DNA of 64,000 nucleotides from Candidatus Coproplasma stercorigallinarum (GCA_018712655.1 DVGQ01000019.1:856-64855); one strand, 5' to 3'. Shown: positions 54,125 to 63,537, counted from the stretch's first letter. The notes: generated by a model from the sequence alone, not told the origin. Made by a program: numbers and translations.

Positions 54125-55176
54125 TTTTTTTCTCCGTTTAGTTTTGAACACAATGAAGGGTATTTCTTTTGCAGATACGGATGATTTTTTATTTGCGAAA
54201 TATCTGCGTCATAAATCTTTCCGTCAGCCATATTTTTCGCAACGCACGTGAAGCCCAGGGACTGAACTACTTTTTCAAGGATGTGGGAATATACTGAAAT
54301 GCCTATCCTCTTTATAGCAATGCCTCTGTCGTACATATCTTCTATACGGCTGAACAGCTTATCCCACAGAAGCATCATATTTTTATTGTTTTCATATTCT
54401 TTCAGAATAGGCATAATTGCGATGTAGCAGTAAAATTCCCCGCCGAAATCGTAGAATTCAAGCATATCGGCGTCGACGATTTTTTCGCCGCGCAGAATGG
54501 AATTATAATTTTCCTCGTTCATTAGAACAAACTGCCAATAGCCGATTATGTTGTCATCTTTAACCAACAGCGAATATAATTCGGGATAATTGCTTACGTG
54601 GTCAAGCCACGAATCGACGTTGCCCTCTATGCTTTCGTTAATCGTAAAATCATTGTTGAGCGTAAGGTAGTCTATTTCAATTGTTTCCATTACGATTTTT
54701 TTTGCGTCATAGCCTATATTTTTTGCTTCTGCATAATCGAGGACGGTCGGCCCGGGATAATGCACCGCGCTCTCCTCTGTATTTTGGACGCTTGTGTTGT
54801 TTATCGCCGCAATCAATGCGTCAAGTCCGCCTTTGAAATCGGGAGCCGTTATCCAATGAGTGACGCCGAGGTAAAACTCCATAGCGTCTGACGGCACAGA
54901 ATCGTCGATTTTATAAGGAATGATAGTTTTATTGTGCAATACGGCGGAATTTATTTCGCGCAAAACATAGCCGGAAATATTTGATTCTTTGGTAAAAATC
55001 AAAGTTACCATATCCTGGGTTTTTATGGCGTCAACAATTTCGCACGCATAATCTTTTCCGGGTGTAATATCGCGGGGAGCAATATAACATTTAAGCCCGC
55101 GCTTTTCCAGCTCCTCAACGATGCGGAAAGCAATTTCTTTGTTGTGCGTGGAATACGATATAAACGTTGTTTTCAT
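54121..55176 (-). CDS. TIR-domain protein with an uncharacterised C-terminal domain of about 220 aa
   Basis: N-terminus TTFISYSTHNKEIAFRIVEELEKRGLKCYIAPRDITPGKDY...VTLIFTKESNISGYVLREINSAV...IIPYKID matches the bacterial TIR_2 pattern, including the conserved Glu after the S-x-[WY] element. The C-terminal part is an alpha/beta region that may be GNAT-like but lacks a clear Q/R-x-x-G-x-G/A motif. Start set to ATG 55176 behind AGGGGAA. Confidence 0.7.
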   Translation of the reverse strand: MKTTFISYSTHNKEIAFRIVEELEKRGLKCYIAPRDITPGKDYACEIVDAIKTQDMVTLIFTKESNISGYVLREINSAVLHNKTIIPYKIDDSVPSDAMEFYLGVTHWITAPDFKGGLDALIAAINNTSVQNTEESAVHYPGPTVLDYAEAKNIGYDAKKIVMETIEIDYLTLNNDFTINESIEGNVDSWLDHVSNYPELYSLLVKDDNIIGYWQFVLMNEENYNSILRGEKIVDADMLEFYDFGGEFYCYIAIMPILKEYENNKNMMLLWDKLFSRIEDMYDRGIAIKRIGISVYSHILEKVVQSLGFTCVAKNMADGKIYDADISQIKNHPYLQKKYPSLCSKLNGEKK

Positions 55177-55302
55177 AATTTTCCCCTGACCGTATAAATA
55201 TTGGTTTAATAATATAATAACATCACGGATATCCTTTGTCAATATCATAAAAATCCGATTTAATTCAACCGAAAAATATAATTTTCAAATTAAACACAGC
55301 TA

Positions 55303-55331
55303 TTGCAAACAGGAGGACTATTTGATATAAT
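55303..55331 (+). promoter_or_regulatory. Predicted promoter of the HD-RyR-SLOG gene
   Basis: TTGCAA (55303-55308), 17 nt, TATAAT (55326-55331), in an AT-rich divergent intergenic region. GGGGGAA RBS before ATG 55361. Confidence 0.55.
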
Positions 55332-55360
55332 TAAAATACAATACGCTTGGGGGAATACTT

Positions 55361-57631
55361 ATGAAAACGCTGGCAAAACTTGCCAATAAATTTTTTGAAA
55401 ACGTCTGCTTCGCCGAAATTCCCGGCACGGCCTGCCCGGAGAGCGACAGGCAGTGCTTTATAAGGGCGCTGAACCAATTTTTGAGTTCGGGCGACAAGGG
55501 CGACGCATTTACCGTATATTTTTGTTTCAGCGAAATATTCAGGCTGTTCGGCAAAGGCTACGCAAACACCCAAAAATTGCTCGAACTGCTTTCAGACCAC
55601 GAATACCACTCGGGCGAACTGCTTTCAAAACACCGCGACCACTACTCCCACTCCGTCTACGTTTTTGCGTTAGGCCTGGCAATATATGCCAACGACGGCG
55701 TATTCCGCTCGGCATTTCTGCGATTTTACGGGCAGAAAGACGACACCCTGTCGCGCAGGGATTTTTTGTACTGCTGGGGAATGACGGCGCTGTTCCACGA
55801 CACGGGATATCCCTTTCAGCTGGCCTACGAACAGATTAAAAATTACTGCGAAGATTTGTGGGGCAGCGGCGCTGCAACCAACCCGTTCGTGACATTCGGG
55901 AACTACGATAATTTTACAGGCATAGCGGAAGAAGACGGCAGGCGCATAAGCGCGGCGCTGAAAACAGACAAAAAGTTCGCCTCGCTGAACGACCTGTTCG
56001 CATACGGGCTGAACCTGCGCTTCGGCTATGACGAAGAGGATATGCGCGTGCGCCTTAAAAAGCGCATACTCGAACAGAGGACTTTTCTGGACCACGGCTA
56101 TTTCAGCGCCGCCATACTTGCGCGCCAATTGCTTGAAAGGCCCGACATAGAGCTTACCCCAAAGCGGCTGGACGTGCTGACGGCGATAGTCCTGCACAAC
56201 AGCCTTTCGCGCTACGACTTCAACAACGAGCGCCCCGCGTCCCCCGACAATCATCCCCTTGCATATCTACTGATTCTGTGCGACGAACTGCAAAACTGGG
56301 ACAGGCAGGCCTACGGCAAGGCGAGCAAATACGACCCCGTCGCGTGGGACATAAGGCTGGCGATAAACGATGATTACATAAGCATCACGTATATTTTTGA
56401 CAGCAGCACAGCCACCGACCGCGAGAGCGGCGAAGACAGGATAAACAAACATTACGGCGATATTCAAAAAGGCAAATTCGTAAAGAACATACTCGGCGGC
56501 GACGGCAGAGGCGGACTTTTGAAAAGCTCGCTGAACCTTACGGCCGACGTAGCCGTGGCGCCCAAAGAAAAGCGCAACAAACTTTACGCCTCCGAAAACA
56601 ACTTCATAAATCTGTGCGATTTTGCAAGGGCCATTCACGCGAGTTACAGTAAACTTTGCCTGGAAACGGGATTGGAAAAACCGAAAGCCTTTGACGACCT
56701 TTCGCTGGAATTCAAAGTTTCAAACATAGAACAGGCCAAATCTTACGCCCGGAAACTTGAACTTATAAACTGTTTTTACAGCAGCAAAGACCTGGACTAT
56801 CCCGTAGTGGAAAACTTTAAAGACGGCGATTACGGGGCAATAGGTTCAGACAACCTCGGCTTTTTGTGCAGGGAAGAGCACGTGCGCTGGGTAAAGGAAA
56901 AGCTGGGAATGGGCTGGAAATACGGCACAGGCTACTCCTCCTCCGCCGAGCGCAATGAAAAGAAGATTCACAAAGACATAGTCCCCTACGAAATGCTTGC
57001 GCCGGAAGAGCAGGCCAAAGACGAACTGATGGTGAACAACATCATACCGTTTTTAAGAAAGTTCGGGCACAATATCAGAATTTATAACTACCGCATAGGC
57101 AGAAAGCCCGACCTGGAAATTGCGGGAACAGGCCACAGATTCTTTACCGACAACCCTGCCAGGCTGAAAGAGCAGATTAAAAAACAACTTGAAAAATACA
57201 GCAAGACCAACCGCGTGGTCGTGCGTACCTGTTTTGCACACGGCGCCGACCAGCTGATAGCCGAATGCGCAAACGAAATGGGCATAACAACAAAGGCCGT
57301 TTTGCCCGTCGGATACGAAGACTATATAAAAATGGTGCGCAACGACTGCCTGGCGCACGGCTATGCCTACACCGAAAAGGACGAACTTAAATTGCGGCAT
57401 CTGCTTGCCCAGACGGTAGTATGCAAAGTAGTATCCTCGCCCGACGGCGGATACAAAGCGGCGATAAATTACATAATGAAGAAGTGCGACAAGGTGATTG
57501 CCGTATGCGACTGCGAATATGCAGACGAAAGCGGCGCAGAAAGATGCGGCACCGCGCGCTGCCTTGAAATTGCAAAGCGGTACAGCCTTACCCCAGGCGA
57601 CGACATAAAAATCATACGTTGCCATAAATAA
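55361..57631 (+). CDS. Three-domain protein: HD phosphohydrolase + RyR domain + C-terminal SLOG domain
   Basis: HD: HRDHYSHSVYVFALGL ... ALFHDTGYP ... DHGYFSA ... LHN ... LILCDELQNWDR. RyR: FARAIHASY...VSNIEQAKSYARKL...CREEHVRWVKEKLGMGWKYG...KIHKDIVPYEMLAPEEQAKDELMVNNI. SLOG: LEIAGTGHR...CFAHGADQLIAECA...AVLP...AVCD...RCGTARCLEIA, the same motif series as in 51715..53496. Confidence 0.65.
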   Translation: MKTLAKLANKFFENVCFAEIPGTACPESDRQCFIRALNQFLSSGDKGDAFTVYFCFSEIFRLFGKGYANTQKLLELLSDHEYHSGELLSKHRDHYSHSVYVFALGLAIYANDGVFRSAFLRFYGQKDDTLSRRDFLYCWGMTALFHDTGYPFQLAYEQIKNYCEDLWGSGAATNPFVTFGNYDNFTGIAEEDGRRISAALKTDKKFASLNDLFAYGLNLRFGYDEEDMRVRLKKRILEQRTFLDHGYFSAAILARQLLERPDIELTPKRLDVLTAIVLHNSLSRYDFNNERPASPDNHPLAYLLILCDELQNWDRQAYGKASKYDPVAWDIRLAINDDYISITYIFDSSTATDRESGEDRINKHYGDIQKGKFVKNILGGDGRGGLLKSSLNLTADVAVAPKEKRNKLYASENNFINLCDFARAIHASYSKLCLETGLEKPKAFDDLSLEFKVSNIEQAKSYARKLELINCFYSSKDLDYPVVENFKDGDYGAIGSDNLGFLCREEHVRWVKEKLGMGWKYGTGYSSSAERNEKKIHKDIVPYEMLAPEEQAKDELMVNNIIPFLRKFGHNIRIYNYRIGRKPDLEIAGTGHRFFTDNPARLKEQIKKQLEKYSKTNRVVVRTCFAHGADQLIAECANEMGITTKAVLPVGYEDYIKMVRNDCLAHGYAYTEKDELKLRHLLAQTVVCKVVSSPDGGYKAAINYIMKKCDKVIAVCDCEYADESGAERCGTARCLEIAKRYSLTPGDDIKIIRCHK

Positions 57632-57646
57632 AAAACATAAACCGAA

Positions 57647-57672
57647 CGGGCGGCCTTTAAAAAGGCCGCCCG
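57647..57672. terminator. Bidirectional terminator between convergent genes
   Basis: CGGGCGGCCTTT-aa-AAAGGCCGCCCG, a 12-bp stem. An A-rich run lies upstream on the plus strand (U-tract for the minus strand). Confidence 0.65.
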
Positions 57673-57702
57673 CATTCATTTAAAAGACATTATCCCGGGC
57701 AA

Positions 57703-60585
57703 TCACGTATATTTTATCATCTTGAAGTATTTTTCCTTATGGTTATTGCCTTCGCCTCTGTTGTCGTAGGCGGACACATAAGGAATGAATCCCATAAGGT
57801 TATACAGGCTCATCGCCGAAATGTTATTTTCGTAGACAGACAAAACCACGTTTACGCCCGTCTGCTTTTCGGCAACCCTTATAATATTGTTCAGCATACA
57901 TTTGCCGTAGCCGCGGTTGCGGTAGTTTTCGTCCACGCATATGTCCGAAACATAATAATTGTCGCCGATTGCATCGTCGAACGTGTCGCACAGACTTTCA
58001 AAGGCCGACCTGGTTTCCTCAGTTACAGGCACCTTTGCCGCATTGAAGGCGTTGACCATTACATTTTCGTCCCAGGCGGGAAGTGTGCGGTAAAGCGTTG
58101 CCGCGGCAATCACTCCGTTATCGTCCGCTCCCGAGATGCGCAGCAGCCGAACATATCTTTTATTGAATACCGAATGCCCCTTGTCGAAGAGTATTTCCAG
58201 CACTTTTACGGCATTTTCCATATTGCCGAACATACGGCGGTACATAATATCGGAACAATAAATCAGTTCCGCCGCTTTTTTGTAATCTTCTTTATTTTCA
58301 AGCTGTTCAAACGACGCGCTGACGTTTGGCAGATACGCGTTGTACGGAATTATGTGGGGATTTATCCAAACATACTCCACCTTTCCCGAACGGCCCGGTA
58401 TGTGCAGGCACTTTTTTACGTTGGGCACACAGTAATACGCCTCGCCCGTACGCAATACCTCGTTTGAAATTATCTTTATCCTTATGGCCCTCTTGTTTAT
58501 CTCGCTGTCTACCGAAAGATATGCGTACCTGTACCCGTCCTGCGACATAACGCTCTGCGAGCATATTCCTATTACGGGATATATCGCGCCTTCGATTGGA
58601 GCGTCCTTTTCGGGCGAACCGTCGCGCATATAGCCTAAATACCCGCAGAAATTTTCGTGCAGCTTTCCGAGCCAGGAATCAACCGAACGCACGTCGCCGA
58701 ACGAAGATATTATGCGCTGTTTGAACGCGGCAAGCCTGTCGGAATTTATCAGGCTGCGCTTGCCTGTCATATCGTAAAACTGCTCGTTCTTGTTGGTGTT
58801 GCGCACATTCAGCGAAGCATTGAGTTTTTCAAGCTCTTCAAAGGAATCTTTTACGAGAGATTTAAGTTTTTCAAGCGTACTTCCGTCGAAATCCTTTATC
58901 AGGCACATAGTATTGTAGCGCTCGTAGATATTTCTGCGGGCGACAGACGTGGCCTGACGGAAGAAATCATAGCTTATGGAAGAGAGCTGTTTGCCACCCG
59001 AGTCAGAGAAGAACAGCATTTCACTCTCTTCTATATCCCTGATTTTCTGCTTATCGTAATAGCTGAGCAACCCGTCGTAAAAAACAACTATAAACATATT
59101 GAAGTTTATAATTTTGTTTACGTAATAAATGACCTTTTCCTTCGGGTTCAGCGAAGCATTTTCGTAAACATTGTTGATGTCATCCAGGATTTCGGCAACC
59201 GACGAGAGCGACTCGTTGAAAGACACGCTCACTTCGTTTGCCGTGAGCAGTTTGGTGGCGAAAAATATGAGCGCCTGAACCTGACAGCTTACGATGTTGT
59301 TCGCATTCCTTAAAGTAAGTTTGCTCGTCGGGTCGCGTATTATCTCGTAAGTATCTTCAAGTTTTTTCACGTTCTCGCCAAACCTGAGCCTGAACGCGTT
59401 TTTTACTGCGTTATAGCTCAAATCGGTATTTTTAAACAGATATGTAAGCAGATTATATATTCCGACTTCGAGAAGCAGAAAGATAAAAATTTCGTCCCAA
59501 TGAATTATCTGGGAATTCCCGAGCTTTTTGAAAACTTCTCCGTAATCGTTGCGATAGTGGTTATATACCTTCCTTTTGCTGTCTATGCTTATAAGGTCAG
59601 AGATGGTCATTGCAAGGTACTTTATGTACTTGTTGTCTACGAAGAAGAAATCCCTAAAAAAATAGTTCTCGCTGCCTCCCGGCACGTTGAAGAGCCTGTA
59701 TTTGAACATAAAGTCTTCTATCGCGGTGTCGCTCACAACGCACACTTTATATCCCTTACCCGCCGCGTTTTCTTCGGAAGACTTGTCCAGAAAAACAATT
59801 TTGTACTCCATCCTGGCAAACAGCGGCGCATATTCCGCCGCAAGCATCTGGCTTTTTTGCGGATTGTCTGCCGTGAATTTGCGGGGGTCGTCAATCCACA
59901 CGCCGTAAAGATAGTCAATCTGGCCGTTGATTTCGGTAAGCAGTTCGTCGAGGCACAGCTTTTCGCCGTCGATGGTCAGGTTTACCGTCCTCAGCGGCCT
60001 GTTGCAGCAGGGCAGCGGCACGTATTCGGCGGAAGCGTTCCCCAAAAACGGGAAGGCACGGAAAAACCTTTTAAGGCTATCGAACCCGAACTGCGCATCG
60101 TAACGACTGGAAAGCATACGCTTTTTAAGGGCGAAAATGAACTTGCTGAGGTCGTTGCCGAGCACCGAAAAATTGAAGCACCCCTCCATTCCCACCTTTT
60201 GTATAAATCCGTCGGCAGGGGAAAGCGAGGAATCGACTTGAAGATTGAGCAATACGTTTTCCACCAGATTGAAGTCAAGCCGCCTGGTGGAATAACATTC
60301 GTCGAACATATTGTAAAGGCGCACCATCGAATTGGAAAAAGACGCTATCTCGCGAGCGCGCTCTTCGGCGTCGAGTTCTTCGAACCACGCTTTATAGCTT
60401 ACAAATTTTTTGTAAGTTATTAAAGTGACAAGATAGAGCGTATTTTTGAAATAATCGATATATTTGCCTATATTTGAAAGGAAAGAGCTGCTTGTTTCGC
60501 CCGACTCAAAGATGATATCCCTCAGCACGCTGTCGGGAATCAGCCTGATTATTTCGTTGCGCCGGGCAGTAAGTTCGTCAGTCAT
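57703..60585 (-). CDS. Large (960 aa) uncharacterised protein with a C-terminal GNAT acetyltransferase domain
   Basis: The last ~170 aa carry GNAT motif A (ICVDENYRNRGYGKCMLNNIIRVAEK) and LYNLMGF. The first ~780 aa are helical, N/K/Y/F-rich, with no motif I recognise. ATG overlaps the ParA-like gene stop by 8 nt. Confidence 0.55.
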   Translation of the reverse strand: MTDELTARRNEIIRLIPDSVLRDIIFESGETSSSFLSNIGKYIDYFKNTLYLVTLITYKKFVSYKAWFEELDAEERAREIASFSNSMVRLYNMFDECYSTRRLDFNLVENVLLNLQVDSSLSPADGFIQKVGMEGCFNFSVLGNDLSKFIFALKKRMLSSRYDAQFGFDSLKRFFRAFPFLGNASAEYVPLPCCNRPLRTVNLTIDGEKLCLDELLTEINGQIDYLYGVWIDDPRKFTADNPQKSQMLAAEYAPLFARMEYKIVFLDKSSEENAAGKGYKVCVVSDTAIEDFMFKYRLFNVPGGSENYFFRDFFFVDNKYIKYLAMTISDLISIDSKRKVYNHYRNDYGEVFKKLGNSQIIHWDEIFIFLLLEVGIYNLLTYLFKNTDLSYNAVKNAFRLRFGENVKKLEDTYEIIRDPTSKLTLRNANNIVSCQVQALIFFATKLLTANEVSVSFNESLSSVAEILDDINNVYENASLNPKEKVIYYVNKIINFNMFIVVFYDGLLSYYDKQKIRDIEESEMLFFSDSGGKQLSSISYDFFRQATSVARRNIYERYNTMCLIKDFDGSTLEKLKSLVKDSFEELEKLNASLNVRNTNKNEQFYDMTGKRSLINSDRLAAFKQRIISSFGDVRSVDSWLGKLHENFCGYLGYMRDGSPEKDAPIEGAIYPVIGICSQSVMSQDGYRYAYLSVDSEINKRAIRIKIISNEVLRTGEAYYCVPNVKKCLHIPGRSGKVEYVWINPHIIPYNAYLPNVSASFEQLENKEDYKKAAELIYCSDIMYRRMFGNMENAVKVLEILFDKGHSVFNKRYVRLLRISGADDNGVIAAATLYRTLPAWDENVMVNAFNAAKVPVTEETRSAFESLCDTFDDAIGDNYYVSDICVDENYRNRGYGKCMLNNIIRVAEKQTGVNVVLSVYENNISAMSLYNLMGFIPYVSAYDNRGEGNNHKEKYFKMIKYT

Positions 60586-61474
60586 CGGCTATCACCTTCG
60601 CAAGTTTTTCGTATTTTCTCTGCGCTTCGGCCTCGTCTTCGGCAAGTTTATAAATTTCTGCCTTGGTAAGCTCGTATTCCTTGGCTTTGAGGCGCAGATT
60701 GGTCTCTTCGAACTTGAACAGCCTTACTTCGTGAATACCTCCTTCGTCTATCAGGTCGGTAGTCACCTTGTTGTGTCCCGCTTCGCCCGCCACAGTAAGG
60801 TCGTCCTTAATTCTGCGCAGAATATTTTCGATGCTGTATATGGTGCCTTCGGCAGACGGCACGGCGTTAGGAACTATTATATAATCCTTGTTGTCGAAAT
60901 TTTTCTGACGGGCGATGAATTCCCTGGTGCCCTCCTTGAACTGCTTGGTTATTCGCATAGCAACGACTATTTTATCGGAAATGCGCAGCGCGACGCTGGC
61001 GGGCAGCTGGCCGCCGGCGGGGTTATCCATAACCAGGGCTTTGCACCCGAATTTTTCGAGCCTGTTGGCGAAATTTTCAAGTTCGACGTTGCGTCCGTCG
61101 TAGTTGCTGTCGCCGTTGAGCTTTTCGTTTGAATGCGCGGTGATAAACAGTATATTGCCGTTCTTGCCCTCGCCGAGGCCGAGCATTTTTCCGACGGGAA
61201 TCATCTTTCCCAGAATCTCTTCCTTGGTGGCAAAGGCGTCCGCCGTAATATCGGTCTGGTTGAGAACTTTTACCACGTCGAGTTTATCGGCAGTATCGGC
61301 GCCCTCGTCCACGAGCAGATAAGAAAGACCTTTGCTGTCTATGTCGAGGTCGAGCACAACAACAGGCTCTTCGGGCGTGGCACCAAGCTCGTCGGCCAGA
61401 TACGATATCGTATTGTAAAGCATCGATGTTCTGCCTGCGCCGCCCTTATACGAAAAAAACGAAACTTTAAGCAT
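60578..61474 (-). CDS. ParA/MinD-like (SIMIBI class) P-loop ATPase with deviant Walker A
   Basis: KVSFFSYKGGAGRTS (deviant Walker A, with Arg in place of the usual second Lys). Walker A-prime VVVLDLDIDSKGLS. Walker B ALVMDNPAGG. C-terminal charged helix. Confidence 0.7.
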   Translation of the reverse strand: MLKVSFFSYKGGAGRTSMLYNTISYLADELGATPEEPVVVLDLDIDSKGLSYLLVDEGADTADKLDVVKVLNQTDITADAFATKEEILGKMIPVGKMLGLGEGKNGNILFITAHSNEKLNGDSNYDGRNVELENFANRLEKFGCKALVMDNPAGGQLPASVALRISDKIVVAMRITKQFKEGTREFIARQKNFDNKDYIIVPNAVPSAEGTIYSIENILRRIKDDLTVAGEAGHNKVTTDLIDEGGIHEVRLFKFEETNLRLKAKEYELTKAEIYKLAEDEAEAQRKYEKLAKVIADD

Positions 61475-61518
61475 ATTACTCCCCTTTTGTACAAATATCT
61501 TTATAAAAACCTTTCGGC

Positions 61519-63534
61519 TTAAAATTTAAACAACTCTGACAGTCTGGCAAGCAGAACGTTTTTCTGCTGCTCGTCGCTCACGCCGCGTATGCTTTCTTTT
61601 ATCTTATCGGAAGTTGTGGCGTCGGCGAGCGTTGAAAGGAACAATATGCTTTGCAGGCGCCTGTCGGTCACCAGCCTGGCCTTCATCGTTTCCTTTTCCG
61701 CGCTCGCGCAGGTAAGCGCTTTTACGATATAGTCGACGGCATACCCGAACTGCTCTTCGAAGCACTTTTCGAAATACTCGCCAAAACTTTTTTCAAAGAG
61801 CGACTGAGCCAGTTTTTCCACCTCGGTATCGAGCGGCGAACGTTTATTGAGAGCGTCGTTCAAAGCAACATTGTATCTCTCCTCCCTGTCCCTCAGCTCC
61901 TTTTCATACCTTACGCGTTCGGCGGCAAGCTCGTCCGCTTTCTCCTTTGCCTTGCCGCGCTGAACGTCCGCATCGAGAAGTTCTTTTTCGTATTTTTCGT
62001 AATACAGATAGAACGAGTCGATTGCATAAATATAGTACAGGTTATTGTTTACGCTGAAACCTTCTTTGCGCCAGAACCATCCATCGGGAGATTTGTTTTC
62101 AAGTATCCACACAAGGTTGTCGCGCATCTCCTTTTGGGGATATTTGATTATGTAGTTGAATATAAGGTTATACGTGTTGCAATACAGCGGAACAAGCTCG
62201 TACGGAGCTATCGTGCTCTTTTTGCGCCAGTTCTGCATTATGTGGCTGACACTGTCGGGGCACTTGTCTTCGCCGAGGGAATAGTTTTCAATCAAATCTT
62301 CGCGGCTCTTGTCCTTATAGTCCACATAAATCTTCTTTATGTTGGTGAGCGCGAACTGAATACTCTGGTATATGCTCGACTTGCCGATGCTGAGATAGTC
62401 GTCGTCGACGCCGGCGTTTATCAGAATGGCGAAGGCAAACAGCGAGTTCATTATGTGGTTGTTTTTGCTGTTGCCTATCGCGCTGACAGAGATGGGGTTG
62501 AGGTTTTTATCCACGTAATCGAACGAGATGTTGACGTTGTTCCTTTTCATCTTCGTTTCGATATATCTGCCCGCCGACGCGGTAATTTTACGGAGCGTAT
62601 CAAGCACTTCGCTGTTTGCGCCGTAAAACTTTTTATCGCTCAGGTACTTGGCATACCTCTTTTTGTCTTCATCGCTCAGGCTGTTTTTGTCGCGGTCGCC
62701 GAAAAGCGCCGTGCCGTTATCGAGCTCTTCGTATAAATCTTCCATAGAGTTATATACCGAGATGAAGGCATTGGTGCCGTAGTATGTGTAATATAACGAA
62801 GTATCATATTCGGCGGCATCGTCTTCGGCAGGCTTCTGGAAAGCCCAGCCGCGGTGAGTCACCACCGAACCTACATACGTTCGGCCGCTCTTTTTGCCGT
62901 CGATTTCATAAACGAACGGTTCTGCGTTCACCAAGGCGGCGTCGTTCAGCATAGCGGAAGCATCGACAATCAGCTTTTCTGAATATCTGAGCAGCCCCGC
63001 CGCGTCGTCGACCGTGTCGCCGCAGATTTTTACGGCAACGGGCAGCTTGGCCCCGCCGTCTTCGTACAGCGCATCCAGAAGGTCGTCGCGCAGGTCCACT
63101 ATTGTTGAAACGACTTTCGATGCGCTTTCAACATACGTCGTAATTTTGTAATCGGCATTTTCCCAATAAGGAGTGGCGTCGAACACCTTCTCTCCGCCCT
63201 GATACACGCAGGCAAAGACCTTTTCGATAAGCCCGAAATAAATGTCGTCGTACTGGCTTATGTCCACGCCCAGCGATTTAAGTTCGAGAAACGTCGACAG
63301 CGCCATTATGTGCGTGATGAGCCCGAACTTCTGCCTGTAATCTTTATCGTCAAGCGGAAAACTGCCCGCCTTTTTATCGTAAAACTTTACAAAATCTTTT
63401 AAAATTTTTGCACCGACTTTATCCGCAGGCTGATATGCGTAAATCATTCTGTCGCTGCCTGCGCCGGGAATTCCCCCTATCTTGCTTTTGGTTATAATTT
63501 CGAGTATATCTTCGTAGTTGCCTGTGGTTCCCAT
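61519..63534 (-). CDS. Uncharacterised 671-aa protein (helical repeat N-region, C-terminal coiled coil)
   Basis: Coding-like ORF with a 3-nt gap to the upstream gene. Repeated helix-end aromatic patterns (TTYVESASKVVSTI, SLYYTYYGTNAFISVY, SPDGWFWRKEG, NLYYIYAIDSFYLYY) may indicate an alpha/alpha-toroid-like fold. Residues ~500-560 are a K/E/R coiled coil. No motif recognised with confidence. Confidence 0.45.
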   Translation of the reverse strand: MGTTGNYEDILEIITKSKIGGIPGAGSDRMIYAYQPADKVGAKILKDFVKFYDKKAGSFPLDDKDYRQKFGLITHIMALSTFLELKSLGVDISQYDDIYFGLIEKVFACVYQGGEKVFDATPYWENADYKITTYVESASKVVSTIVDLRDDLLDALYEDGGAKLPVAVKICGDTVDDAAGLLRYSEKLIVDASAMLNDAALVNAEPFVYEIDGKKSGRTYVGSVVTHRGWAFQKPAEDDAAEYDTSLYYTYYGTNAFISVYNSMEDLYEELDNGTALFGDRDKNSLSDEDKKRYAKYLSDKKFYGANSEVLDTLRKITASAGRYIETKMKRNNVNISFDYVDKNLNPISVSAIGNSKNNHIMNSLFAFAILINAGVDDDYLSIGKSSIYQSIQFALTNIKKIYVDYKDKSREDLIENYSLGEDKCPDSVSHIMQNWRKKSTIAPYELVPLYCNTYNLIFNYIIKYPQKEMRDNLVWILENKSPDGWFWRKEGFSVNNNLYYIYAIDSFYLYYEKYEKELLDADVQRGKAKEKADELAAERVRYEKELRDREERYNVALNDALNKRSPLDTEVEKLAQSLFEKSFGEYFEKCFEEQFGYAVDYIVKALTCASAEKETMKARLVTDRRLQSILFLSTLADATTSDKIKESIRGVSDEQQKNVLLARLSELFKF

Positions 63535-63537
63535 AGT

